Shown: one piece after another, positions 55,959 to 64,000 of the stretch
Numbering within the stretch: position 1 is the stretch's first letter
Layout: the number at the start of each line of letters is the position of its first letter
Source of the DNA: Acidobacteriota bacterium
GTDB taxonomy: Bacteria; Acidobacteriota; Aminicenantia; Aminicenantales; Saccharicenantaceae
DNA length: 64,000 bases
Reading direction: 5' to 3'
Assembly (NCBI GenBank): GCA_028749205.1
Contig: JAQULR010000008.1
Location: 2,672-66,671, forward strand
The notes under the pieces: generated by a model
Told to the model about the DNA's origin: nothing
What the model saw: the letters and a program-made list of their open reading frames with translations, nothing else
Database searches by the model: none
Program-made: the position numbers and the translations under genes

Positions 55959-58010
55959 ATGCCCAAAAATTACTTTAGAAAGTCATTTATTTTGGTAATA
56001 AGCTTGGTCCTGATATTCTTCTGCTTTTCTCAGGCTGAGGACCGGAAGGCCCTAACTTTTGAAGATTTTATTAAGATTAAAAGAGTCACTGGTTCCCGGC
56101 TGTCACCTGATGGAAAGCAGCTGGCCATGGTCATTACTGTTCTGGATCTTGAGACTAACCGAGGCAATAGTGATATCTATCTCCTCCCGGCACGAGGCGG
56201 TCAGCCGATTCCTTTTGTCTTCAGTCCAGCTGCTGATTTCTTCCCCAGATGGTCTCCTGATAGCCAAAAACTGGCTTTTATCTCTACCCGCAGTGGTTCT
56301 CCCCAGGTCTGGGTAATCCCGGTATCAGGTGGTGAGTCTGTGAAATTGACTGATTTTCCAGGCGGGGTTGGCTCTTTTAGCTGGTCGAGTCGGGGAGATT
56401 TTCTGCTGGTCACCAGCTCGGTTTTTCCAGAGTGCCCCAACCTTGAAGCCAATCGAAAAAAATTTACCGACCAGGAAAAAAGCCGGGTCAGAGCCCGAAT
56501 TTATGACCACCTGCTTTTCCGCCACTGGAACTCTTGGTTTGATGGTACCAGAAGTCATCTCTTTCTGTTTCCCTTAAATGGCAGAGAACCAGTGGACCTG
56601 ACTCCAGGCGATTTTGATACTCCCCCTATCTCTCTCGGCGGAGGCCTGGATTTCGATTTTTCTCCTGATGAATCAGAGATCGCTTTTGTTCGGAATATCG
56701 ATCCGGAACTCAAGCTGGGTCTTGGAACCAACAACGATGTTTTCCTGACAGATCTACAAGGCAAAGCTATCGAAAAATTGACCACAAGCCGGGCTAACGA
56801 TATTGACCCCCAATACTCGCCTAATGGCAAGTACTTGGCTTACCGGGCTATGGCCAGGCCAGGATTTGAGGCTGACCAACTGGATCTTATTCTGTACGAC
56901 CGACAAAAAAAGTCTTTTTCCAATCTAACAGAAAAATTTGACTTCTCACTGAGTGAATTCATCTTCTCCCCGGATAGCCAGGCCATTTATTTTCTTTGTG
57001 AAGATAAGGCTCGAACTACCCTTTTCAAGTTGACTATAGCCACCGGGAAAATTGACCAATTGCTGGATGGCCATTATTTGACCAACCTGCAAATTTCTCC
57101 CGATGGGAAGATTCTATATGCCCTAAAACAATCGATAAATTGCCCCAATGAGGTCTATTCTCTGGACTTAAAAACAAGAAAACTTAAGCAGCTGACGGCA
57201 GTCAACTCAGAACTCTTAGCTACCTTAAAAATGAATCCAGCTGAAGATTTCTGGTTTGAATCACAGGGAGACCGAGTTCACGGCCTGCTCTTAAAGCCAC
57301 CGTTCTTTGACTCTAACAAAAAGTATCCCCTGCTTATGATGATTCATGGCGGCCCTCAATCGGCCTGGGAGGATGGTTTTCACTACCGCTGGAACGCTCA
57401 GATGTTTGCTGCCCCAGGGTATGTAGTGGCTATGGTCAATTTCCATGGTAGTACTGGCTATGGACAGGCCTTCACTGATTCCATTAGTGGGGATTGGGGC
57501 GGTAAGCCTTATCATGACATCATCAACTCAATCAACTATTTACATAACAATTATGAGTTTATAGATAAAGAAAAACTTGGGGCAGCCGGGGCTTCCTATG
57601 GCGGTTATATGATTGACTGGATTGCCGGGCAGACTGATATCTTTGACTGCCTGATCAGCCATTCAGGGGTTTTTGACCTACGCTCGGAATATGGAGCCAC
57701 TGAGGAATTATGGTTTCCAGAATGGGAATTCCGTGGCACCCCCTGGACAAACCCTGAGATGTACCAGAAGTTCTCACCAAGTTATTATGTCCAGAATTTC
57801 AAGACTCCTACTTTGGTCATTCATAGTGCCAATGATTTCAGGGTTCCTTTGGAGCAAGGGCTACAATTCTTCACTTCCCTGCAAAGAATGAATGTTCCCA
57901 GTCGGTTGTTATACTTTCCCGATGAAGACCATTTTATCCAAAAGCCACTAAATGCCGAGCTCTGGTGGAAAACAATCCTGGACTGGCTGGCTACCTACCT
58001 GAAAAAATAA
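55959..58010 (+). CDS. exported S9-family serine peptidase (beta-propeller + alpha/beta hydrolase)
   Basis: Signal peptide. Repeated SPDG propeller motifs. Nucleophile elbow GASYGGYM. D and H occur in the C-terminal NDFRVP...DEDHF segment. Confidence 0.88.
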   Translation: MPKNYFRKSFILVISLVLIFFCFSQAEDRKALTFEDFIKIKRVTGSRLSPDGKQLAMVITVLDLETNRGNSDIYLLPARGGQPIPFVFSPAADFFPRWSPDSQKLAFISTRSGSPQVWVIPVSGGESVKLTDFPGGVGSFSWSSRGDFLLVTSSVFPECPNLEANRKKFTDQEKSRVRARIYDHLLFRHWNSWFDGTRSHLFLFPLNGREPVDLTPGDFDTPPISLGGGLDFDFSPDESEIAFVRNIDPELKLGLGTNNDVFLTDLQGKAIEKLTTSRANDIDPQYSPNGKYLAYRAMARPGFEADQLDLILYDRQKKSFSNLTEKFDFSLSEFIFSPDSQAIYFLCEDKARTTLFKLTIATGKIDQLLDGHYLTNLQISPDGKILYALKQSINCPNEVYSLDLKTRKLKQLTAVNSELLATLKMNPAEDFWFESQGDRVHGLLLKPPFFDSNKKYPLLMMIHGGPQSAWEDGFHYRWNAQMFAAPGYVVAMVNFHGSTGYGQAFTDSISGDWGGKPYHDIINSINYLHNNYEFIDKEKLGAAGASYGGYMIDWIAGQTDIFDCLISHSGVFDLRSEYGATEELWFPEWEFRGTPWTNPEMYQKFSPSYYVQNFKTPTLVIHSANDFRVPLEQGLQFFTSLQRMNVPSRLLYFPDEDHFIQKPLNAELWWKTILDWLATYLKK

Positions 58011-58156
58011 TTCTTGAGACCGCCTGATTGAAATTCATGATAGAAAAAAGAGCGGCGGTTGGCCCTATCACTCCGGTCAAAGCCTCGGAAACCCTGTTCC
58101 CTTATTTATTCCCGGAAATAATATATTTGGTTGCGAATAAAGACGGCTGAGCGGGA

Positions 58157-59122
58157 TTAGTTATGAATAATCCAATCTAATTCCAGAAGAGACAGCGGAT
58201 CGACTCTGGCTTCATGAATTTTAGCCCCCCAGTGCAGATGGGGGCCAGTCGATAATCCTGTTGAGCCAGCCAAACCAATCACCTGGCCAGTCTGGACTGT
58301 CTCTCCCCTTTTTACCAAAAGTTTTGAAAGATGAGAATAGCTGGTAAACAATCCCAGGCCATGGTCAAGAATAACAGTCTTTCCGGAATAATAAAGGTCT
58401 GAAGCCAGCACTACCCGACCGGAATTGGAAGCTTTGATTGGATGTCCCAGGGGTACAGCGATATCCACCCCGGTATGAACTGAGCGGGGAACCTTATTGT
58501 ATACTCGCCTCTGGCCAAAATTCGGAGAGAGGCGTCCTTCACAGGGCATAATGAAAGGGCCTTCAGCTAAGTATTCTGGAGTAATAACACTGTAAACCAT
58601 CGCCAGAATCTCGGCTTCTCTTTTGGTTCTGGCCAGCACCTCTTTGGGTGGAGTTACATACTTCTGATCCACTGTCAACTCTCTTACCGGGAAATCCCTG
58701 GCGGCAATTTCCAGGGTTACAACCAGCCTCTCGATCTTTTGGCCCTGACTCCATAAATCTATTTCTAAAGCTTTATGGCCTGGCTTAGCCATCACATCCA
58801 AACCAAGTAGCAAAACTGGTTGGTTTTCCCTTTTGTTCTTCAGCCAATAATTGTCCTCCATGAAAAAAATCCCGGCATACTCTGAGATCTGGTTTTTCCA
58901 AACCAGAACCAGAGGCTCACCGGGCTGGAGCATTCGATATTGAAGTTCAAAAAGATCTCCACTTTGAGCTTCTATCACCTGGACTTCAGCAGCCTCTATT
59001 GCTAAAGGAAAATATACATTAGCTGCTGCCACCACCATAAATACAGCCAGCCAAAATACAGTTTTTTTTCTCACTGTTCCAGCTATTCTGAAAATTAAAA
59101 TGTCGCCAAGGTTTCCTTTCAT
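58157..59122 (-). CDS. M23-family metallopeptidase
   Basis: HTGVDIAVP.G and GSTGLSTGPHLHW motifs. I chose the ATG at 59122, which forms an ATGA overlap with the upstream stop. The ATG at 59131 is the alternative. Confidence 0.85.
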   Translation of the reverse strand: MKGNLGDILIFRIAGTVRKKTVFWLAVFMVVAAANVYFPLAIEAAEVQVIEAQSGDLFELQYRMLQPGEPLVLVWKNQISEYAGIFFMEDNYWLKNKRENQPVLLLGLDVMAKPGHKALEIDLWSQGQKIERLVVTLEIAARDFPVRELTVDQKYVTPPKEVLARTKREAEILAMVYSVITPEYLAEGPFIMPCEGRLSPNFGQRRVYNKVPRSVHTGVDIAVPLGHPIKASNSGRVVLASDLYYSGKTVILDHGLGLFTSYSHLSKLLVKRGETVQTGQVIGLAGSTGLSTGPHLHWGAKIHEARVDPLSLLELDWIIHN

Positions 59123-60825
59123 TCTACCCATCCCTTCAGATTTTTTTTCAAAACCTGGCCTGAAAGGTTGCCAGTAATTTTCCCATCTTCCACCACCATC
59201 TGGCCATTAGCCAACACATAGAGCAAACCGTCAGGATATTGATGGGGTTCAGACCAAGTGGCTCGGTCTTGAATCTTTTCAAAATCAAAAAGAACCAGGT
59301 CGGCTAAATAGCCTGCTTCTACCCTGCCTCGCCTAAGCAATCTAAATTTTTCAGCTGGAGCCGAAGTCATCTTTCTGACCATTTCCTCAAGAGACAGGAC
59401 CTGTTCCTTCCTGACATACTCGGCAATGGCTTTAGGAAAACTGCCATAATACCTCGGATGGGGCTTACCTTTAGCCAGAATTCCCTCAGTTGAAGCCAGT
59501 GCTCCATCGGTGCAGAGGCTGGTCAGAGGGTGCTTTATAATCCTCTTCAGGTTATCTTCACTCATGGCAAAACAGACTATAGAAACCTGACCTTCTTCTT
59601 CCAGCAGCAAATCTTTAATGAAAGCGAATATTTCCTTGTTCTGCAGTCTGGAAGCTTGAACCAGATTCAAACCTTCAAGATATCGATTCTTTTCTGTCCG
59701 GACCGAAGAAATCAGAACGTTTTCCCAAGAACCAATATTTTGTTCAGCTTCTTTGATAATTTCAGACAATTTTTCTTGAAGCTCCGGGTTCTTCAGGCGT
59801 CCCAGAAAATCTTCTTTCTTGCCCTCCCGAACCCATAGGGGGAAAAAGATACTCATACCAGTAGCAAAAGCTGTATAAGGATAAACGTCAGCAGCAATTC
59901 TAACTTTTCTGGAAGCAGCCTCATCAATTATATTCAGCAGGTCATCAATCTTTGACCAGTTCTTTGGATAACCAACTTTAAGGTGAGAAATTTCTAAGCT
60001 GACTCCCGTTTTTTCGGCTATGGTTATTGCCTCAACCAGAGCTTCCAGGACTTTATCTTCCTCATCTCTCATATGAGTGGCGTATATCCCATCAACCCTT
60101 TTCATCTCCGAAGTAAGATCTATCAGCTCTTCGGTAGAAGCAAAGCTTCCTGGGGCATATTCCAATCCAGTAGAAAGGCCTAAGGCTCCCTGCCTGAGAG
60201 CTTCTGATAACAGGCTTTTCATCCTGTCCATCTCTTCTCTGGAAGGCCGACGATCATTATAACCAACCACGGCTGCTCTTATAGTTCCCTGACCGACAAG
60301 GGTTGCATAATTTACAGCCAGGCCTTCCCGAGTTAATCTCTGAAAAAATCCGGCCAGGTTATTCCAGTCAATCTTAAGTCCGAATTCTTTTTCAAGATAT
60401 TCATTCTCTTCTTCAAGCATTTCTGCCGTTAGCGGAAAGCGGGAAGAGCCACAATTACCCCCAATTACTGTAGTAATCCCCTGCCTTACAAGGCTATCAG
60501 CTGTCGGGCAGAGCAAGAGTTCAACATCAGTGTGGTTATGGACATCAATAAAACCAGGAGATAGACATAAGCCTTCGGCCCTAACCACCCTCTTAGCCCT
60601 TCGAGATCCTGCTTTTCCAACAAATTTAATATATTTTCCTTTTATGGCCACATCCGCCAGGTAAGGCTTCTGGCCGCTGCCATCAACCACCAGGGCTTCT
60701 TGTATCAAAAGGTCAAAATCGTCTTCTTGATGACAGCCAGGCATAATAATCAGTCCAGCTGCTGCCAGAGCTCCCTGGCCAGTTTTTTTTAAGAATTCTC
60801 TTCTTTTCAGAGAACTATTATTCAT
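59119..60825 (-). CDS. N-acyl-D-amino-acid deacylase (D-aminoacylase) family amidohydrolase with Tat signal
   Basis: KRREFLKKTGQGALAAAGL twin-arginine leader. GFIDVHNHTD metal motif. The size and layout fit the family. Confidence 0.8.
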   Translation of the reverse strand: MNNSSLKRREFLKKTGQGALAAAGLIIMPGCHQEDDFDLLIQEALVVDGSGQKPYLADVAIKGKYIKFVGKAGSRRAKRVVRAEGLCLSPGFIDVHNHTDVELLLCPTADSLVRQGITTVIGGNCGSSRFPLTAEMLEEENEYLEKEFGLKIDWNNLAGFFQRLTREGLAVNYATLVGQGTIRAAVVGYNDRRPSREEMDRMKSLLSEALRQGALGLSTGLEYAPGSFASTEELIDLTSEMKRVDGIYATHMRDEEDKVLEALVEAITIAEKTGVSLEISHLKVGYPKNWSKIDDLLNIIDEAASRKVRIAADVYPYTAFATGMSIFFPLWVREGKKEDFLGRLKNPELQEKLSEIIKEAEQNIGSWENVLISSVRTEKNRYLEGLNLVQASRLQNKEIFAFIKDLLLEEEGQVSIVCFAMSEDNLKRIIKHPLTSLCTDGALASTEGILAKGKPHPRYYGSFPKAIAEYVRKEQVLSLEEMVRKMTSAPAEKFRLLRRGRVEAGYLADLVLFDFEKIQDRATWSEPHQYPDGLLYVLANGQMVVEDGKITGNLSGQVLKKNLKGWVE

Positions 60826-61006
60826 CTAAATTGAGACCCTTTCAAAGCCCGAAAATAACCTATCGGCTTCAAATTTGCAAGAAAATTTTTAATCTGGATT
60901 ATTTATGTAACTAAAAATGTTAGGGCGGTTTTTCATTTAGTCATTCTTGTCAAGTAGAGGTTTTTTTGCTATTTTTAAAAAAATTATATAGTTCGGAGGC
61001 AGTTAG

Positions 61007-61177
61007 ATGGCTGAAGATTCAGCGACAAAAAGCCAGAAAAAAAAGAAAATCAATCGCTTAACCCTTAGAGAGGTTGAAGCCCAGCTTCAAGAAATAAACA
61101 AAACCCAAGGTGGTTGGCATTCAAGGTATGCTCAACACCTTCAGGCCCGCAAAAAGGCCCTGAGCGGGCAAGATTAA
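61007..61177 (+). CDS. unannotated 56-aa basic small protein (hypothetical)
   Basis: Not in the ORF track because it is under 60 aa. ATG at 61007 is preceded by GGAGG with a 7-nt spacer. Sequence: MAEDSATKSQKKKKINRLTLREVEAQLQEINKTQGGWHSRYAQHLQARKKALSGQD. Confidence 0.4.
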   Translation: MAEDSATKSQKKKKINRLTLREVEAQLQEINKTQGGWHSRYAQHLQARKKALSGQD

Positions 61178-61234
61178 TAACGGGCTCGGCTTTCTCCGAT
61201 TATGATGTAATTCTTCAGGGCGAGCTTTTAAAAT

Positions 61235-61263
61235 TTTACATTTAGCTTTTTTTTTGATATTAT
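61235..61263 (+). promoter_or_regulatory. putative sigma70 promoter of rpsO
   Basis: TTTACA-N17-TATTAT, 27 nt upstream of the GTG start. AAGGAG SD is present. Confidence 0.45.
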
Positions 61264-61289
61264 CTTAGCGAAAATAAGGAGAAAAGATC

Positions 61290-61556
61290 GTGTTGTCGAG
61301 AGAAATAAAGACAAAAATAATCCAGGAAAATCAGGTGCACTCGGCTGATTCCGGTTCGCCTGAGGTTCAGGTAGCTATTCTGACTGAGAGAATCAACCAG
61401 TTAATCAGCCATTTTCAGACGCATAAAAAGGATTTTCATTCCAGGCGTGGCTTGATGAAGATGGTAGGCCAACGGAAAAGACTTCTGGAATACCTCAAAA
61501 AGACCGATAAAAACCGGTATCTAAATCTTATTCAGAAACTTAACCTAAGAAAATAG
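61290..61556 (+). CDS. rpsO: 30S ribosomal protein S15
   Basis: 88 aa. [17 protein letters not shown]...HKKD.HSRRGL signature. GTG start. Confidence 0.93.
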   Translation: MLSREIKTKIIQENQVHSADSGSPEVQVAILTERINQLISHFQTHKKDFHSRRGLMKMVGQRKRLLEYLKKTDKNRYLNLIQKLNLRK

Positions 61557-61585
61557 GCAATCTGACTTTAACTTGAGCATAAATC

Positions 61586-63778
61586 ATGTCAAATACCATT
61601 AATATTGAAGTTGGGGGTCGAGTTCTAAGTATTGAGCTCGGCAAGGTTGGAAGGCAAGCCGACGGTTCAGCTTTTGTCCGCTACGGCGATACTATCATGC
61701 TGGTGACCGCCACCTGCAAAAAAGAAGTTTCCGCCGAAAAGAATTTTCTCCCTTTGATTGTGGATTATCGAGAAAATACTTATGCCGCCGGTAAAATCCC
61801 TGGTGGTTTTTTCAAAAGGGAAGGTAAACCATCGGAGAGAGAGATTCTAGTGGCCAGATTGATAGACCGGCCGATCAGACCTCTATTTCCGGATGGTTAT
61901 TTCCAGGATACCCAGATTGTGGCTTTGCTTTTTTCTGCTGACCTGGAAAATGAACCTGATACTCTGGGAATTATTGGAGCTTCAGCTGCTCTCTACTTTT
62001 CTGAAATCCCCTTCACTACTCCGCTTGGAGCTGTCAAGGTTGGTCTGGTAGATGGTGAATTTATCATCAATCCCGCTGCCTCCCAATTGGAAACATCTGT
62101 TCTTAACATGGTAGTGGCCGGAAACGAAGAGGGTATCTGCATGATTGAGGCGGGAGCTAATGAAGTAGATGAAGAAAAGGTTCTGGAAGGCCTTCTTCTG
62201 GCCCAGGAGGAAATAAAAAGAATTGTTCAGGCACAAAAAGATCTATTCAACACCCTTCAGATTCAGAAGCTGCCAGTAGCTTCAAAATTACCCCATCCAG
62301 AAAAAGTCAAAAAAATTGAGGAGGAGATCAGCACTGAATTACTTCAGGCAATTCAAATTAAGCAAAAGAAAGCTAGCGAAAAAGCTTCTGGGGATATCTT
62401 AAACCGGCTGCTGGCTAACATCCCAAAAGAAAATGTGGAAGAAATAACTGAAACCAAAGAAATTTTCTTTAACCTGCAGAAAAAACTGGTCAGGGAACTT
62501 GCTCTCAACCAAGGCCGGAGAGCTGATGGCCGGGCTTTCGATGAGCTCAGGGATATCTCCATCGAAGTTGGCCTATTACCTAGGACCCACGGCTCCGCTC
62601 TGTTTACCCGTGGCGAGACCCAGAGCTTGGCTACCGTAACTCTTGGGACCTTTGAGGATGTTCAACACCTTGATGGACTAGGAGAAGAAGCCGACAAGAG
62701 ATTCATGCTTCATTATAATTTTCCTCCCTTTAGCGTGGGTGAAGTGTCCTTCATGCGAGCTCCAGGACGAAGAGAAATTGGACACGGAGCTTTAGCTGAA
62801 AAAGGTATTCTGCCAGCTATTCCTGATGAAGAAACTTTCCCCTACACCATTAGAATTGTTTCTGACATTCTTGAATCCAATGGCTCTTCTTCGATGGCGA
62901 CCGTCTGCGGTGGAGTTCTGGCTTTGATGGATGCCGGAGTTCCCCTGAAAATGATAGTGGCCGGGATCGCTACCGGCTTAATAAAAGAAGGCGACCGTTA
63001 TGCCCTGCTGACTGACATTGCCGGTCTGGAAGACCATTATGGCGATATGGATTTCAAGGTCACCGGCTCAGAAAAAGGTATCACTGCTATTCAGATGGAC
63101 CTTAAGATTTCCCATTTGAGCCCCCAGATACTAAGAGAAGCTTTGCAACAATCAAAGGCGGCCAGGCTAAAAGTCCTGGGAAAAATGAGGGAAGCACTGC
63201 CTGAACCGAGGCTTCAGCTCTCTCCTCATGCTCCACGCATCATCATACTATTCATCAGCCCAGAGAAGGTCGCAGATGTCATTGGTCCAGCAGGCAAGAT
63301 GATCAAAAAAATTGTCTCTTTAACCAACGCCAAGATTGATATTGAAGAAACCGGGAAAGTAACTATTGCTGCTTCAGATATGGAATCAGCTGAAAAAGCC
63401 AAACAAATGATCCGAGAAATCACGGTAGAAGTAGAGCTCGGGAAAATCTATACCGGTAAGGTAGTCCGGATAGAGGAGTACGGAGCTTTTGTAGAGATCT
63501 TACCCAATATAGTTGGCCTGCTTCATATCTCTGAAGTGGCTCCTTACAGAGTCAAGAACATCAAAGACGAAATTAACCTGGGTGACACGATTACTGTAAA
63601 AGTTATTGATATAGACGAAGACAATAAACGTATTCGCCTTAGTAAAAAAGCTCTGGAAGAAACTGAGCCTCGGCCAGAGTCTGGGGAAAGAAGTGACCGC
63701 ACTCGGAGCCATTCCTTTAAGCGCCGTCCTTATGGTTCCAGCAACTCTCGTTCCAGGGGTGGCCGGAATAGATTTTAA
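61586..63778 (+). CDS. pnp: polyribonucleotide nucleotidyltransferase (PNPase) with Arg/Ser-rich C-terminal tail
   Basis: Two RNase PH domains (GRQADGS, GRRADGR, GRREIGHG), a KH domain (IGPAGKMIKKI) and an S1 domain (GKIYTGKVVRIEEYGAFVE). A basic tail of about 40 aa follows. Confidence 0.95.
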   Translation: MSNTINIEVGGRVLSIELGKVGRQADGSAFVRYGDTIMLVTATCKKEVSAEKNFLPLIVDYRENTYAAGKIPGGFFKREGKPSEREILVARLIDRPIRPLFPDGYFQDTQIVALLFSADLENEPDTLGIIGASAALYFSEIPFTTPLGAVKVGLVDGEFIINPAASQLETSVLNMVVAGNEEGICMIEAGANEVDEEKVLEGLLLAQEEIKRIVQAQKDLFNTLQIQKLPVASKLPHPEKVKKIEEEISTELLQAIQIKQKKASEKASGDILNRLLANIPKENVEEITETKEIFFNLQKKLVRELALNQGRRADGRAFDELRDISIEVGLLPRTHGSALFTRGETQSLATVTLGTFEDVQHLDGLGEEADKRFMLHYNFPPFSVGEVSFMRAPGRREIGHGALAEKGILPAIPDEETFPYTIRIVSDILESNGSSSMATVCGGVLALMDAGVPLKMIVAGIATGLIKEGDRYALLTDIAGLEDHYGDMDFKVTGSEKGITAIQMDLKISHLSPQILREALQQSKAARLKVLGKMREALPEPRLQLSPHAPRIIILFISPEKVADVIGPAGKMIKKIVSLTNAKIDIEETGKVTIAASDMESAEKAKQMIREITVEVELGKIYTGKVVRIEEYGAFVEILPNIVGLLHISEVAPYRVKNIKDEINLGDTITVKVIDIDEDNKRIRLSKKALEETEPRPESGERSDRTRSHSFKRRPYGSSNSRSRGGRNRF

Positions 63779-63783
63779 AAAAC

Positions 63784-64000
63784 ATGAATAATTCATCCAG
63801 GGAAGGGTCCCAGGAGAGAAGAAAAGGGTTTACTCTGCTCGAAATGGTGGTGACGGTTTCTATCTTGGCTCTCCTCACCACCGTGGCTCTACCAGTAATT
63901 GAAACTTCAGTCAAAAGGGAAAAGGAAATTGAACTCCGCCAAAATCTGAGAATTATCAGGGAAGCCATCGACGCTTATAAAAAATTGTCTGACCAGCAAC
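63784..64000 (+). CDS. prepilin-type N-terminal cleavage/methylation domain protein (GspG/pseudopilin-like), 3'-truncated by window end
   Basis: Not in the track because the frame stays open to the window end. MNNSSREGSQERRKGFTLLEMVVTVSILALL carries the G/FTLLE prepilin peptidase site and a hydrophobic helix. Confidence 0.75.
   Translation, partial: MNNSSREGSQERRKGFTLLEMVVTVSILALLTTVALPVIETSVKREKEIELRQNLRIIREAIDAYKKLSDQQ

Noticed and set aside
1-64000. Search for CRISPR arrays, rRNA, tmRNA, RNase P, SRP RNA and riboswitches in all gaps longer than 150 nt.
   Set aside because: I saw no regularly spaced 25-40-nt repeats and no conserved core motifs. For example, GAGGAAAGTCCGGGC of RNase P is absent; only a partial GTCCGGG occurs at 22021. 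Covariance-model scans would be needed to exclude divergent RNAs.

Overview
This 64-kb window looks like chromosomal DNA from a moderately AT-rich diderm bacterium. The diderm call rests on BamD, Skp/OmpH, ExbD and several beta-barrel proteins ending in Phe. I cannot assign a taxon without a database search. I count about 57 protein-coding genes at high density and one tRNA-Arg(ACG). I recognised no rRNA, CRISPR array, transposase, integrase or phage genes. Housekeeping blocks: lpdA, ltaE, rpe and bamD (1.5-6.7 kb); recN and miaB (9.1-12.3 kb); nusA-infB-DUF503-rbfA-nrnA-truB (12.4-17.9 kb); rpsO-pnp (61.3-63.8 kb). The rest is envelope and metabolic genes, including many exported peptidases (S8, S9, M24, M23, a Tat-type D-aminoacylase) plus CstA. 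The regions most worth follow-up: (1) a tightly packed operon at 39.2-47.5 kb. It holds three translationally coupled alkaline-phosphatase/NPP-superfamily paralogs with three different predicted locations, a small RHH-like protein, a membrane protein resembling Oxa1/DUF106 insertases, an aminotransferase and Skp. (2) Two tandem paralogs (18.8-21.9 kb) that join a novel N-terminal domain, Ig/PKD modules and a small C-terminal beta-barrel. (3) A HEAT-repeat protein and an HD-GYP protein that overlap and appear to share an N-terminal module. (4) An edge-located radical SAM enzyme. All functional calls come from reading motifs in the supplied translations; no homology search was run.
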